A DNA stretch of 63,945 bases, counting the filler, from Sandaracinaceae bacterium (GTDB lineage: Bacteria > Myxococcota_A > Polyangia > Polyangiales > JADJQN01): NCBI GenBank assembly GCA_947483975.1. It is 6 parts of 6 records of this genome, joined end to end, with 100 filler letters (N's around TTAATTAATTAA, not from the genome) between each part and the next. Parts side by side here need not be neighbours in the genome. Positions count along the whole stretch, not along the records: positions 10,939 to 21,742 come from CANKOL010000161.1; positions 21,843 to 32,567 come from CANKOL010000162.1; positions 32,668 to 43,379 come from CANKOL010000163.1; 3 more parts are not named here. One strand, given 5' to 3'. Position 1 is the first letter of the stretch. The number at the start of each line of letters is the position of its first letter. Positions 21,383 through 35,466 of this stretch are shown in pieces. The position numbers and the translations under genes were made by a program. The notes beneath the pieces were generated by a model. It was given only the letters and a program-made list of their open reading frames with translations, ran no database searches and was not told the DNA's origin.

Positions 21383-21742
21383 CTACGGATGCGCCGCGCA
21401 GCTTTGCGGCGCGCGCTCGCGGAGGCGACGAGCAGCGTCCCGCAGGGCCTCCGGGGCGGCGGAGCGCTCGGCGAGGTGCCGCGCCTCGTCGGCGAGCGCG
21501 CCGCCGATCATCGTCGCCGTCTCGAGCGCGAGCACGGCCATGTCAGCGTCGGGGGCCCAGGCGTCGTCCCGCAGACCGCGCTGCAACACCGCGAGGACCG
21601 CCTCGCGCACGTCCTGCGTGCAGAGGGCGCGGGCGTACTCGAGGCCGGCGGCGATGACGATCGGCCACTCCGCGTCGTCGGCCAGGCGCGCTGCGATCAG
21701 CGGCCACGCGCCCCGGTCGTCGGCCCGCGCGATCGCGCCGAC
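21383..21742 (-). CDS. Partial CDS (3' end), HEAT-repeat-like protein
   Basis: Frame open from the linker: VGAIARADDRGAWPLIAARLADDAEWPIVIAAGLEYARALC... Confidence 0.55.
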   Translation of the reverse strand, partial: VGAIARADDRGAWPLIAARLADDAEWPIVIAAGLEYARALCTQDVREAVLAVLQRGLRDDAWAPDADMAVLALETATMIGGALADEARHLAERSAAPEALRDAARRLRERAPQSCAAHP

Positions 21743-21842
21743 NNNNNNNNNNNNNNNNNNNNNNNNNNNNNNNNNNNNNNNNNNNNTTAATTAATTAANN
21801 NNNNNNNNNNNNNNNNNNNNNNNNNNNNNNNNNNNNNNNNNN
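21743..21842. other. Artificial contig linker
   Basis: N44-TTAATTAATTAA-N44. Confidence 0.98.
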
Positions 21843-22100
21843 GGGCCCGAGCCTCGTCGCCGCGATCTGCGCGAGGCGCTCGACGAGCAGCGGCACGCCG
21901 AAGCCGATCGCGACGCCGAGGAGCGAGGCTGCGCCGAGCGCGCGCCAAGCCGTCGGGATCAGCGAGATGACCGCGACGCCGAGCGCGAGCGCGAGCACGA
22001 TCGAGCGCACCGGCCCGAGCGCACGCCGCGCGCCAGGCACGGCAGCGAGCGCCGCGCCGAGCGCGACCGAGCCGGCGGCGACGAGGAGCGGGAACAGCAT
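21843..22100 (-). CDS. Partial membrane permease (5' end)
   Basis: Three hydrophobic segments, MLFPLLVAAGSVALG...; runs into the linker. Confidence 0.6.
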
Positions 22101-22190
22101 CGGAGCGGCTTGCGGTAGGACGCCGCCCCGCGCGAGTCAAGCGCAGACGCGGCGACGGAAACTGGACGCTGCGCGCCCCGGGCACGCAGG

Positions 22191-22493
22191 ATGCTCGCTG
22201 TGGCCGCGTACGTGCGCACCCTGGTGTGGCTCCTCCCGCTCGGGCTCCTGATGACGAGCACCGTGCTCGTGCCCGTGCGCATGCTCGATGCGCAGGGGCT
22301 GCCGCGCTACCGCGCGCTCAAGGACGAGCTGCAGCAGGTCAAGCGCGACAACGAGCGCGTCGCGCGTGAGGTCGCCGACCTGTCCCGCGAGGTCGACGCG
22401 CTCAAGGCGGATCCCGCCGCGATCGAGCGCATCGCGCGCGATGAGCTCGGCATGGTGCGGCAGGACGAGGTCGTCTTTCAGTTCCCGGAGTAG
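22191..22493 (+). CDS. ftsB: Septum formation initiator (FtsB/DivIC family)
   Basis: TM + coiled coil + DPAAIERIARDELGMVRQDEVVFQF. Confidence 0.88.
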   Translation: MLAVAAYVRTLVWLLPLGLLMTSTVLVPVRMLDAQGLPRYRALKDELQQVKRDNERVAREVADLSREVDALKADPAAIERIARDELGMVRQDEVVFQFPE

Positions 22494-22610
22494 CGTTTTC
22501 GGTTGACACAGCGCGTCAGGAGCTGCGCTTCCTACTTCCATTGAACGGCGTTCAATGCCTATTCTCCATGCGAGAAACGGCAGCGGCGCTTCGCCGCAGG
22601 AGGATGTCGT

Positions 22611-25600
22611 ATGCGGCAGGGGTGGCTTCGGCTTTGGTTGGGCGTCGGCCTATGTGCCGCGCTCGGGGGACTGACCTTCGGCTGCGGTGGGGGAGACACA
22701 CCGACGCCTCCCGCAGGAGATGGGGGCTCGGAGGCGGGCTTGCTCGACGGCGCGACGACCGACGCCTCGCTCGACGGCAGCGCCGGCCCGCGCTGCGGCG
22801 ACGGCGTCATGCAGCGCACCGAGATCTGCGACGACGGCAACACCGTCGGCGGCGACGGCTGCTCGGCGGACTGCGCGAGCGACGAGACCTGCGGCAACGG
22901 CACGACGGACGTCGACGCCGGTGAGGTCTGCGACGACGGCAACACCGCCGCGGGCGACGCCTGCGCGGCCGACTGCAGCACCGACTACACCTGCGGCAAC
23001 GGCTTCGTCGACACGATCGCCGGCGGCGGCACGGTCGACGAGGTCTGCGACGACCACAACAACGTCAACGGCGACGGCTGCGACGCGTCGTGCACGAGCG
23101 ACGAGTCCTGCGGCAACGGCATCACCGACCTCGGCGCGGGCGAGGTCTGCGACGACGGCAACACGCTCGACGGCGACCTCTGCAGCGCCGACTGTCGCAC
23201 GAGCGAGCTCTGCGGCAACGGCGTCGTGGACGCCGGCGAGGAGTGCGACGACACGAACCGCACCGACGGCGACGGCTGCAACGCGAGCTGTCAGCTCGAG
23301 CGCTGCGGCAACGGGCGCACCGACGCGGGCGAGGCCTGCGACGATGGCAACACCGACGACACAGACGGCTGCACGGCCGCCTGCGCGTTCACGTGCACGC
23401 TCGACGGCGACTGCGCGGACACCGACCTCTGCAACGGCCTCGAGACGTGCACGGCGGGCGGCTCGACGGCGAGCCGCTGCGCGCCGGGCACGCCGCCGGC
23501 GGACGGCTTCGAGTGCGGCTCGGGCCTGCTCTGCAACGCGGGCGCGTGCGTCGCGGTCGCGTGCGGCGACGGCTTCACGAGCACCGGCGAGCAGTGCGAT
23601 GACGGCAACACCGTCAACGGCGACGGCTGCGACAGCGACTGCACGTTCACGTGCTCCGCGGACGTCGACTGCACGGACGGCAACGCCTGCAACGGCGCCG
23701 AGGTCTGCGCGGGGGCCGGCACCGTGACGAGCGCGTGCGGCGCGGGCAGCGTGCCGACGGACGGCACGACGTGCGGCGGCGCGAACATCTGCGTCGCGGG
23801 CGCGTGCGTCGCGGCGGCGTGCGGCGACAGCATCGTCAGCGGCACCGAGCAGTGCGACGACGGCGCGAACGCGAACAACAACGACGGCTGCCGCGCGGAC
23901 TGCACGTTCACGTGCACCGCGGCGAACGCGGCGACGAACTGCGGCGACGCGAACCAGTGCACGACCGACACCTGCACCGGCACCGGCGTCGCGAGCCGCT
24001 GCTCCAACCCCGTCGCCATGGGCGCTTGCACCGTCTCGGTCGGCGTCCCCGGCACCTGCAACGCGGCCGGCGCCTGCGTCGCGAGCGCGACGTGCGGCAA
24101 CGGCATGGTCAACCCCGGCGAGCAGTGCGACGACGGCAACGCCAACAACAACGACGGCTGTCGCTCCAACTGCACGTTCACCTGCACCGGGGCGAACGCG
24201 AACGTGAACTGCGACGACGCGAACGCGTGCACGACGAACACCTGCACGGGCACGGGCGCGGCGAGCCGCTGCTCGAACCCGACGGTCGGCAACGGCACGA
24301 CCTGCGGCGGCACCAACATCTGCGTCACCGGCGCGTGCGTCGCGCCGCGCTGCGGCGACAGCGTCCGCACGGGCGCCGAGGCGTGCGATGACGGCGCGAA
24401 CGCGAACAACAACGACGGCTGCCGCAGCGACTGCACGTTCACGTGCACCGCGGCGAACGCGGCGACGAACTGCGACGACGCGAACGCGTGCACGACGAAC
24501 ACCTGCACGGGCACGGGCGCGGCGAGCCGCTGCTCGAACCCCGCCGTCGCCCCCGGCACCTCGTGCGGCGGCGCGAACATCTGCGTCACCGGCTCGTGCG
24601 TCGCGGCGCGCTGCGGCGACCTGATCGTCACGGCGCCCGAGGTCTGCGACGACGGCAACACCAACGCGGGCGACGGCTGCAACAACAGCTGTCAGTACAC
24701 CTGCACGTCGGCGGCGAGCTGCGCGGACGGCAACACCTGCACGACGGATACCTGCACCGGCACCGGGCTCGCCAGCCGCTGCACCAACCCCGCCGCGGCG
24801 AACGGCGCGCTCTGCGACGACGGCAGCGCGGCGACGCCGCGCGACATCTGCCTCACGGCCGTCTGCGGCGGCTCGCGCTGCGGCGACGGCTACCTCGACG
24901 CGGGCGCGAGCCCGGCGGAGACCTGCGACGACGGCAACGTCGTCAGCGGCGACGGCTGCAGCTCGACGTGCACGACCGAGGGCGCGACCCCGCCGACCGC
25001 CTTCCGCGCGGTGGACCTGCAGCTCGTGTCGCCCCGCATCGTCGTCAACGTGCCGATCGGCGGCTGCGAGGACATCACCAACAACTGCGCGAGCGTGCCG
25101 TTCCTCGGCTGTCAGGCGGACAGCATCAACACGCAGCTCCGCACGGCGGTCACGACCGACGCGACGATGCCCCCCGACGGGCTCTACGACCTCTCGGTCG
25201 TGAACATCTTCCGCCCCCTCAACCCCGCCGCGGCGGCGAGCCCGTTCGACATCATCGTCGGCGCGGCGTGCTCGACCGCGGCGACCTCGTCGTGCGCCCC
25301 CGGCACCGGCACGCTGGTCAGCACGACGGCGAACAACATGGCGGGCGGCGCGACCTGCTTCACGCCCGTCGCCGCCGACGTCAACACGCGGGGCGGCACG
25401 CCCGCCGCCTACACGCCCGGCGTCAACACCGTGTCGGGGCCCTGCTTCGTCACGAACGAGACGCTGCTGACCATCACGCTCTCCGGCATCAGCATCCCGC
25501 TCGAGCGCGCGCGCATCAGCGGCACCTACAGCGGCGCCCCGCCGACTCAGATCGTCTCCGGCGTCATCACGGGCTTCCTGCCCGAGCGCGTCGCCGCCGA

Positions 25601-25835
25601 CATCATCCTGCCCATGACGCTCCCCGCGCCCCTCGGCGGCAGCCCGCTCTACTCGGTGCTGCAGGCGGGCAACCGCACGGTGGTCAACACTGCGGGCACG
25701 ACCGTCGCCGACAGCTGCAACGTCGGCGGCGGCACCAGCGAGGACGACGCCGACAACGTCACCGCCCCCGCGACGCGCGGCTTCTGGTTCTACCTGAACT
25801 TCCGGGCGAACCTCGCGACCTGGACCGGCCCCTGA
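22611..25835 (+). CDS. Myxococcus cysteine-rich repeat (DUF4215-like) surface lipoprotein
   Basis: Lipobox TFGC; >12 CG(D/N)G..E.CDDGN...GDGC...C repeats; non-repetitive ~280 aa C-terminal domain. Confidence 0.9.
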   Translation: MRQGWLRLWLGVGLCAALGGLTFGCGGGDTPTPPAGDGGSEAGLLDGATTDASLDGSAGPRCGDGVMQRTEICDDGNTVGGDGCSADCASDETCGNGTTDVDAGEVCDDGNTAAGDACAADCSTDYTCGNGFVDTIAGGGTVDEVCDDHNNVNGDGCDASCTSDESCGNGITDLGAGEVCDDGNTLDGDLCSADCRTSELCGNGVVDAGEECDDTNRTDGDGCNASCQLERCGNGRTDAGEACDDGNTDDTDGCTAACAFTCTLDGDCADTDLCNGLETCTAGGSTASRCAPGTPPADGFECGSGLLCNAGACVAVACGDGFTSTGEQCDDGNTVNGDGCDSDCTFTCSADVDCTDGNACNGAEVCAGAGTVTSACGAGSVPTDGTTCGGANICVAGACVAAACGDSIVSGTEQCDDGANANNNDGCRADCTFTCTAANAATNCGDANQCTTDTCTGTGVASRCSNPVAMGACTVSVGVPGTCNAAGACVASATCGNGMVNPGEQCDDGNANNNDGCRSNCTFTCTGANANVNCDDANACTTNTCTGTGAASRCSNPTVGNGTTCGGTNICVTGACVAPRCGDSVRTGAEACDDGANANNNDGCRSDCTFTCTAANAATNCDDANACTTNTCTGTGAASRCSNPAVAPGTSCGGANICVTGSCVAARCGDLIVTAPEVCDDGNTNAGDGCNNSCQYTCTSAASCADGNTCTTDTCTGTGLASRCTNPAAANGALCDDGSAATPRDICLTAVCGGSRCGDGYLDAGASPAETCDDGNVVSGDGCSSTCTTEGATPPTAFRAVDLQLVSPRIVVNVPIGGCEDITNNCASVPFLGCQADSINTQLRTAVTTDATMPPDGLYDLSVVNIFRPLNPAAAASPFDIIVGAACSTAATSSCAPGTGTLVSTTANNMAGGATCFTPVAADVNTRGGTPAAYTPGVNTVSGPCFVTNETLLTITLSGISIPLERARISGTYSGAPPTQIVSGVITGFLPERVAADIILPMTLPAPLGGSPLYSVLQAGNRTVVNTAGTTVADSCNVGGGTSEDDADNVTAPATRGFWFYLNFRANLATWTGP

Positions 25836-25865
25836 GCTGACGCTCTCTCCCTCGGCCGAACGCCC

Positions 25866-25906
25866 GCGACGGCGCCTCCCTCACGGGACGGCGCCGTCGC
25901 CTTTTT
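25866..25906 (+). terminator. Rho-independent terminator
   Basis: GCGACGGCGCC-TCCC-tcac-GGGA-c-GGCGCCGTCGC followed by CTTTTT, ~30 bp after the stop codon. Confidence 0.85.
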
Positions 25907-25985
25907 GGGCGTCAGAGTCGCCCGCGCGTCGTGCCGATTTCTGGACCCGGCGCGCGGTCTCCGATATCGGACATCGACCCGCGCC

Positions 25986-28115
25986 ATGTCTACGCTCGTC
26001 CACGCAGCCCTCTCCATTCGCCGCACGACGCGCGCCTCGCTCGGGCTCGTCACGGCGCTCGGCTTCGGGCTGCTCGACGTGCTCGGCGTCTTTCGAGTGC
26101 GGCCGGCGGAGCTCGGGCTCGAGCACGCGCTCGTCGGCGCGGTGTGGGCGCTGCTCTTCGGCGTGCGCGTCGCGCAGCGCCTGCGGACGCGCGTCGTCGT
26201 CGAGGCCTCGTCGGGGCGCCTGCTCGACCTCGAGCTGGGCGCGCTCTTGCTCGTCGCGGTGCACGCGGGCGTGCAGCTCGGCGGCGGGCTGACGGGGCCG
26301 TTCTATCCGCTCGTCTACGTCGTCGTCGCGCTCCTCGCGTCCTTCGCGCGCAAGCCGATCGGCACGGTGCTCGTCGTCGTCGCGGTCGCCTTCGAGGCGG
26401 TGCTCTACTTCGTCGGTGAGGGCCAGACCGACCCGCGCCCGCTCGCGCTCCACGCGCTCTTCGTCATCTCGTTCGGGCTGCTGAACCTCGTCTTCACGCG
26501 CGTCGAGATCGCCCGCGTGCGCGAGCGCAGCAACCGCGAGCTCGCCGAAGAAAAAGTGCGCGTGCACGAGGACGCGAAGCTCTTTCGCCTCGTCGGCGCC
26601 GCGACCGACAGCGCCGCGCGGGACGACGAGCGCCTGTTTCGCTCGTCTCTCGACGAGGTCCACCAGGCCCTCTACTACACGCTCGAGCTCCTCAAGCGGA
26701 CCCTCGAGCTGCACACCTGCGTGCTCTTCTTCGTCGATGAGACCGCCGACGGAAACGCCGAGACGATGCGCATCGTCGAGCTCGTCTCGGACTCCGACGA
26801 CCTCGCCGAGGGGCCGTTCGGCGCCGGCGAGGGGGCGGTCGGCGGCGTCGCCAAGCGCGGCCTGGTGATGAACCTCGAGCACCTGAAGCTCGGCTACAGG
26901 GGCCTCTGCTACTACCGCGGCCCGGCGCAGGTGCGGTGCTTTCTGGGCGTGCCCGTGGTCGAGAACGGCGTGCTCCGCGGGGCGCTCTGCGCCGACCGGC
27001 GCGACGACCGGCCGTTCGACGCGCGCGAGGAGGAGATCCTCAAGGGCGCGGTGCATCAGGTGCTGCGCGCCGTGCAGAACGAGCGCGTCTTCGTGCAGCT
27101 CGAGAAGAGCAAGCACGAGCAGACGGTGCTGCACCGCGCGTCACAGGCGCTCGGCGCGGCGCTCTCGGGCGACGCCGTGCTCGACGCGGGGCTCGCCGCC
27201 GCCGCGGAGATCGCGCCCTTCGACTTCGCCGCGGTCACGCTCTACGACGGCGCGCAGAAGAAGCACACCGTCCGCCGCGCGGTCGGCGAGGGCGCGCTCG
27301 CGCTCGAGAAGCTGACGTTCCGCGACAACACCTCGCTGACGGCGATGGCCGTGAAGAACCGGCACTTTCTCCCGTATCGCGGGGACTTCGATCCGGCGCA
27401 GCACGTCGTCTACACGAAGAAGGCGAACCTCTCCGGCATGGAGTCGCTGCTGATCATGCCGCTCGTCGTGCGCGAGGACGCGATCGGCACGCTCTGCCTC
27501 GCCGCGCACCGCCGCGACGCGTTCGGCGGCGCCGTCCGCCCGACGCTGCAGGTGCTCGCGAATCAGCTCGCGGTGTCCCTCGCGAACGCCGAGAGCGTGC
27601 GTCGGCTCGAGGAGCTGGCGACGACCGATGGCCTGACGGGCTGCCTCAACAAGCGCACTTTCCTCGAGGAATTCGAGCGTCGCATCAAGGCGGCGGAGCG
27701 CTTCGGCCGGAAGCTCTCGCTCGTCGTCACCGACATCGACCACTTCAAGGCGGTCAACGACACCTACGGGCACGCCACCGGCGACGTCGTCATCAAGGAG
27801 CTCGGCGCGCTCTTGCGCCGCGTGAAGCGCGAGACCGATCTCGTCGCGCGCTTCGGCGGCGAGGAGTTCTGCATCCTCTGCGAGGAGACGGACCTCGATG
27901 GCGCGCTCCTGCTCGCCGAGCGCGTGCGCGAGGAGCTCAGCGAGACCGTGTTCCAGACGGAGCTCGGCAAGCTCAAGGTGACCGTCTCCCTCGGCGTCGC
28001 GACCTTCCCGCAGCACGCCAAGACCGCGGGCACGCTCTTCGAGATCACGGACAAGGCGCTCTACGCCGCGAAGCACAACGGCCGCAACCGCGTCTGCACG
28101 GTCAAGGACATCTGA
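25986..28115 (+). CDS. Membrane-bound diguanylate cyclase with two GAF domains
   Basis: N-terminal TMs; TDGLTG, DIDHFKAVNDTYGH, I-site RETD, ARFGGEEF. Confidence 0.93.
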   Translation: MSTLVHAALSIRRTTRASLGLVTALGFGLLDVLGVFRVRPAELGLEHALVGAVWALLFGVRVAQRLRTRVVVEASSGRLLDLELGALLLVAVHAGVQLGGGLTGPFYPLVYVVVALLASFARKPIGTVLVVVAVAFEAVLYFVGEGQTDPRPLALHALFVISFGLLNLVFTRVEIARVRERSNRELAEEKVRVHEDAKLFRLVGAATDSAARDDERLFRSSLDEVHQALYYTLELLKRTLELHTCVLFFVDETADGNAETMRIVELVSDSDDLAEGPFGAGEGAVGGVAKRGLVMNLEHLKLGYRGLCYYRGPAQVRCFLGVPVVENGVLRGALCADRRDDRPFDAREEEILKGAVHQVLRAVQNERVFVQLEKSKHEQTVLHRASQALGAALSGDAVLDAGLAAAAEIAPFDFAAVTLYDGAQKKHTVRRAVGEGALALEKLTFRDNTSLTAMAVKNRHFLPYRGDFDPAQHVVYTKKANLSGMESLLIMPLVVREDAIGTLCLAAHRRDAFGGAVRPTLQVLANQLAVSLANAESVRRLEELATTDGLTGCLNKRTFLEEFERRIKAAERFGRKLSLVVTDIDHFKAVNDTYGHATGDVVIKELGALLRRVKRETDLVARFGGEEFCILCEETDLDGALLLAERVREELSETVFQTELGKLKVTVSLGVATFPQHAKTAGTLFEITDKALYAAKHNGRNRVCTVKDI

Positions 28116-28141
28116 GGGCGCGGCGCGAGCGCCGAGCGCCG

Positions 28142-28723
28142 TCAGCGCACGCGCTTCTCGAGCACCTCGAACACGAGGTCGTCGCGGCGCGGCTTGCCGC
28201 AGCGGGCCTCGTCGTACGGGAACGGCTCGCGCTGCCCGGTGAGCGCGTAGCCGCGGCGTTGGTACCACGCGAGCAATTCGGGGCGCTGCGCGATGACGGT
28301 CATGCGGGTCACGTCGCGCCCGAGCACGTCGCGCGCGAGGCGCTCGGTCTCGGCGAGCAGCGCCCTCCCGACGCCGCGCGCCTGTAAAACTGGGCGCACC
28401 GCGAACATCCCGACGTACGCGGCGTCGCCCTCGTCCTCGATGTGCACCGAGCCGACGAGCGCGCCCGTCGCCGCGTCGTGCGCGAGGAGGATGCGCGACC
28501 GCTCGCTCTCGACGAGCGCCCGCACCTCCTGCTCGTCGGTGCGCGTGCCGTCGAGGAGCTCGGTCTCCGTCGTCCAGCCCGCGCGGCTCTCGTCCCCGCG
28601 ATAGGCGCTCTCGACGAGCGCGTGAATCGCGCTCACGTCCGCCAGCGTCGCGCGCCGGAATACGAGCTCAGCCGGTGCGATCGGTGGAGTCGACGGAGCG
28701 CGAGGCGCGTCTTCTTGGGACAC
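28142..28723 (-). CDS. GNAT family N-acetyltransferase
   Basis: AYRGDESRAGWTTE, MFAVRPVLQARGVGRALL, WYQRRGY. Confidence 0.9.
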   Translation of the reverse strand: MSQEDAPRAPSTPPIAPAELVFRRATLADVSAIHALVESAYRGDESRAGWTTETELLDGTRTDEQEVRALVESERSRILLAHDAATGALVGSVHIEDEGDAAYVGMFAVRPVLQARGVGRALLAETERLARDVLGRDVTRMTVIAQRPELLAWYQRRGYALTGQREPFPYDEARCGKPRRDDLVFEVLEKRVR

Positions 28724-28729
28724 CGCGGC

Positions 28730-29674
28730 TCAGCCCCAGCTCAGCAATTCGTTGAGCGATTCGCCGTCGTGCAGGCGGCGGATGCACTCCGCGAGGAGCG
28801 GCGCGATCGACACCACGGTCAGCGGCAGGCGCGCGGCGGCGGCCTCCGGCACGACGACCGTGTCCGTGACGATCAGGCGCTTCAGCGGCAGCTGCGCGAG
28901 GCGCTCGACCGCCTCGCCGACGAGCAGCCCGTGCGTCGCGGCGACGATGATCTCGGGTCGCGCGCCGGCCTCGAGCAGGCACTTCGCCGCGGCGACGAGC
29001 GTGCCGCCCGTCGAGATCATGTCGTCGACGAGCACCGGCGCGCGCCCCGCGACGTCGCCCGTGATGTCGCGCACGTGCACGACGTCGCCGCTCATGCGCT
29101 TCTTGTGCACGAGCGCCGCGGGCAGATCCAAGTGACGCGCCCAGAGCTCCGCGAGCTTGGTCGCGCCGAGGTCGGACGCGACGATGACCGCGTTCTCGGG
29201 GAGCTCTTTTCGCACCGCCTCGACGAGCGGCGAGATCGCGGAGATGTGCTCGAGCGGCATCGAGAACACGCCCTCCATCGCGCGGCTGTGCAGGTCGAGC
29301 GCGACGACGCGCCCGAAGCCCGCCGTCGCGAGCAGGTCGGCGACGAGGCGCGCCGCGATCGGCTGCCGCCCCTGCGCGCGCCGGTCCTGCCGCGCATAGC
29401 CGAAGTACGGGATCACCGCCGTCAGCGACGCCGCGCCCGCGCGCCGGCAGGCGTCCGCGAGCAAGAGCAGCGCGAACAGATGCTCCTCGGCGGGCGGGCT
29501 CGTCGGCTGCACGAGGTAGATGTCGTGCCCGCGCACCGTCTCGTGAAGCTCGACGCGCAGCTCCCCATCCGGGAAGCGCGACACCTCCGCCCGCCCGAGC
29601 GGCACGCCGAGCGCGAGGGCCACGGAGCGCGCGAGCGCGGGATTGGAGGTGCCGGTGAAGAGCGAGAAAGACAT
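28730..29674 (-). CDS. prs: Ribose-phosphate pyrophosphokinase
   Basis: FPDGE, PYFGYARQDR, DLHS, VDDMISTGGT, ATHG. Confidence 0.95.
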   Translation of the reverse strand: MSFSLFTGTSNPALARSVALALGVPLGRAEVSRFPDGELRVELHETVRGHDIYLVQPTSPPAEEHLFALLLLADACRRAGAASLTAVIPYFGYARQDRRAQGRQPIAARLVADLLATAGFGRVVALDLHSRAMEGVFSMPLEHISAISPLVEAVRKELPENAVIVASDLGATKLAELWARHLDLPAALVHKKRMSGDVVHVRDITGDVAGRAPVLVDDMISTGGTLVAAAKCLLEAGARPEIIVAATHGLLVGEAVERLAQLPLKRLIVTDTVVVPEAAAARLPLTVVSIAPLLAECIRRLHDGESLNELLSWG

Positions 29675-29712
29675 ACGGGTGCGTCAGCCTATCGCACCCG
29701 GCGCAGGGCGCG

Positions 29713-32567
<2,855 letters not shown>

Positions 32568-32667
32568 NNNNNNNNNNNNNNNNNNNNNNNNNNNNNNNNN
32601 NNNNNNNNNNNTTAATTAATTAANNNNNNNNNNNNNNNNNNNNNNNNNNNNNNNNNNNNNNNNNNNN
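32568..32667. other. Artificial contig linker
   Basis: N44-TTAATTAATTAA-N44. Confidence 0.98.
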
Positions 32668-33348
32668 GCCTACGGCGACGCGAGCGCGCGCTGCCTCGAG
32701 GACGTCCGCACGGTCGAGTGCGGCGGCTCGGGAGGCGGCGGCGCGACGGGCGAGGGCGGGGCAGGCGCTGGCAGCGTGCTGATCGTGTCCCTCGAGCCGA
32801 TCGACTTCTCCGGGGCGACCCTGCGGGCCAACGGTGCTGCTGGAGCGTCCGGCGGCGGCGGTGGAAGCGGCGGCAACATCCTGGTAGCGGCGCCGGGCTG
32901 GACCGCGCCCTCGGCGATCGAGGTCAACGGGGGTGCCGGGGAGGGCGCGGGCGGCGACGGCGCGAGCGGTCATCTGCGCATAGACGTCCCAGGCGCCACT
33001 TGGGACGGCGCCTTCATCGGACCGCGCCTCGACCCGGCGAGCGCCCCGCTCTTCGGCACCGACACGGTCACCCTCCGAGGGACGGCGACCCCGGGCGACA
33101 CCGTGCACGCAGAGCGCGCCGACGACGACACCCGCACGAGCGCCACCGTCGCCGCCGACGGCAGCTTCGAGCTAGCCGTTCCGCTGATCGGGGGGACGAA
33201 TCGGCTCCGTATCATCGAGGACACATCCGTCGGTCCCGTGCGCGGCTGGATCGGGAACGCCTTCGAGTTCGGGACGGGAATGCGCTGCGTGACGGCGTCC
33301 GTCTGCGTGCCGATCGGCGCCTTCATCGACATCGTCCGCGTAGAATAG
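32668..33348 (+). CDS. Partial Gly-rich exported protein with C-terminal Ig-like domain
   Basis: Open from the linker: GGSGGGG..GGGGGSGGNILV; ATVAADGSFELAVPLIGGTNRL. Confidence 0.7.
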   Translation, partial: AYGDASARCLEDVRTVECGGSGGGGATGEGGAGAGSVLIVSLEPIDFSGATLRANGAAGASGGGGGSGGNILVAAPGWTAPSAIEVNGGAGEGAGGDGASGHLRIDVPGATWDGAFIGPRLDPASAPLFGTDTVTLRGTATPGDTVHAERADDDTRTSATVAADGSFELAVPLIGGTNRLRIIEDTSVGPVRGWIGNAFEFGTGMRCVTASVCVPIGAFIDIVRVE

Positions 33349-33444
33349 GACGAACTAAAACTCGTTTCCGTTCATGCCTTTACGCGTTGATTCAAGAACG
33401 CAAATCGCGTTCTTTGCGACGGGGATATCCGCGCCGTCTGCCGC

Positions 33445-33492
33445 TTGACGTCGCGTGAGGGCACCTCCATAGTTTCACGCAGTTTTGAAACT
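33445..33492 (+). promoter_or_regulatory. Sigma70-type promoter with overlapping inverted-repeat operator
   Basis: TTGACG (33445-50)-N17-CATAGT (33468-73); perfect IR AGTTTCA-N8-TGAAACT (33471-33492). Confidence 0.7.
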
Positions 33493-33513
33493 TCGTTCGC
33501 GAAAGGCCTCGTC

Positions 33514-34551
33514 ATGATGCACGCCCGGCAGCTCGAGGCGCTCGAGCGGGCGGCGAATTCCGACCCGAGCCCGGGCACGGCGACCCGCGCGCAGCTCAGC
33601 GAGGTCGCGGCGCTGCTCGGCGAGGCTCTCCCGGCGCTCGAGGTCGCGGTGCGGCGCGCGTCGAACGGCCCGGACCCGCTCGACGAGGCGGCGCGGAACC
33701 TCGTCCTCGCCGGCGGCAAGCGCGTCCGCCCGATGACGACGCTCCTGACGACGCTCGCGTGTGGCGGCGATCCCCTGGTCGCCGTCCCGCTCGCGGCGGC
33801 GGCTGAGCTCGTGCACTCGGCGACGCTCCTGCACGACGACGTGATTGACGAGGGCGAACTGCGGCGCGGTCGGCCCGCCTCGCGTGTGCTCTTCGGGAAC
33901 CTGGTCTCGGTGCTCGCGGGGGACCTGCTGCTGACGCGCGCCATCGAGTTGGTCGACACCGCCGGTGTCCCGGACGTGATGCGCGACCTCCTCGGGACGC
34001 TGCAGGCGCTGATCGCTGGTGAGGTCGCGCAGATGCACGCCCGAGAGCGCGAAGACCTCGGGATGGACGGCTACCTGAACATCGTGCAAGGCAAGACCGC
34101 GTCGCTCTTCGGCTTCGCCTGCCGCGCTGGGGCTCGCGCTGCCGCGGCGCCCGCGGAGCGCATCGCGAGCGTCGGGCGGATGGGCGAGCACGTCGGCATC
34201 GCGTTTCAGGTGATCGACGATGTGCTCGACCTCGACGGCGACGCCGAGCACGTCGGCAAGCGTCTCGGCGCAGACCTGGCCGAGGGAAAGACGACGCTCC
34301 CGCTCGCGTACGCGCTGGCGGAGGACGCCTCGCGCCTGCGGGTGCTGCTCCCGGCGGCGCGCGGCGGTGACGTCGCTGCCGCCTGTGCGGTCGCGGCGCT
34401 CCCAGTAGTCCGACGGGGTTGCGCGCGGGCCCGCGACTACGCCGCCGGGCGCAGCGCGAGCGCGCTCCTGGAACTCGAAGCGCTGCCGCCGACACGGGCG
34501 CGCGCGCTGCTCGAGCTGCTGGTGCACGACCTGACAGGACGGCGGGCCTGA
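33514..34551 (+). CDS. Polyprenyl diphosphate synthase (IspB/HepT-like)
   Basis: GGKRVRP, LLHDDVID..RRG, GKTA, FQVIDDVLD, DLAEGKTTLP. Confidence 0.93.
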   Translation: MMHARQLEALERAANSDPSPGTATRAQLSEVAALLGEALPALEVAVRRASNGPDPLDEAARNLVLAGGKRVRPMTTLLTTLACGGDPLVAVPLAAAAELVHSATLLHDDVIDEGELRRGRPASRVLFGNLVSVLAGDLLLTRAIELVDTAGVPDVMRDLLGTLQALIAGEVAQMHAREREDLGMDGYLNIVQGKTASLFGFACRAGARAAAAPAERIASVGRMGEHVGIAFQVIDDVLDLDGDAEHVGKRLGADLAEGKTTLPLAYALAEDASRLRVLLPAARGGDVAAACAVAALPVVRRGCARARDYAAGRSASALLELEALPPTRARALLELLVHDLTGRRA

Positions 34552-34556
34552 CCCCG

Positions 34557-35138
<582 letters not shown>

Positions 35139-35163
35139 CCCCCCCCGGGATCCAGCCACAGAC

Positions 35164-35191
35164 AGTTGACGTAATCTATCTTATGCGAACT
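35164..35191 (-). other. dif: Candidate XerC/XerD dif site
   Basis: Minus strand AGTTCGCATAA-GATAGA-TTACGTCAACT; 11-6-11 layout like E. coli GGTGCGCATAA-TGTATA-TTATGTTAAAT; AT-rich and intergenic between convergent genes. Confidence 0.75.
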
Positions 35192-35273
35192 AACCATGGG
35201 ATGTTTCGAAGGGGAATCCAGCGCGTCGCCGTTACCGCGCAGTCACCGCACGGTCCCGCCGGTCGGCGCGTCA

Positions 35274-35451
35274 TCAAACTCACCATTGGTCGGCGCACCG
35301 GCGCGTCAAACTCACCATTGGTCGGCGCGCCAACGCGTCAAACTCACCATTGGTCGGCGCGCCAACGCGTCAACGCGTCAAACTCACCATTGGTCGGCGC
35401 ACCGGCGCGTCAAACTCACCATTGGTCGGTCCGCAAGCGCGTCACACTCAG
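35274..35451 (+). repeat. Direct-repeat array, 32-bp period: five exact 20-bp cores plus one degenerate copy
   Basis: TCAAACTCACCATTGGTCGG at 35274, 35306, 35338, 35378, 35410; degenerate TCACACTCAG at 35442. Confidence 0.95.
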
Positions 35452-35466
35452 CGTCGCTCGGCGCGC

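Noticed and set aside
22503..22540. TTGACA -35 box upstream of the Cys-rich gene
   Set aside because: No acceptable -10 hexamer at 16-18 bp spacing.
35274..35451. CRISPR array interpretation of the 32-bp repeats
   Set aside because: Linkers are only 12 bp (one is 20 bp) and repeat each other, and no cas genes are present.
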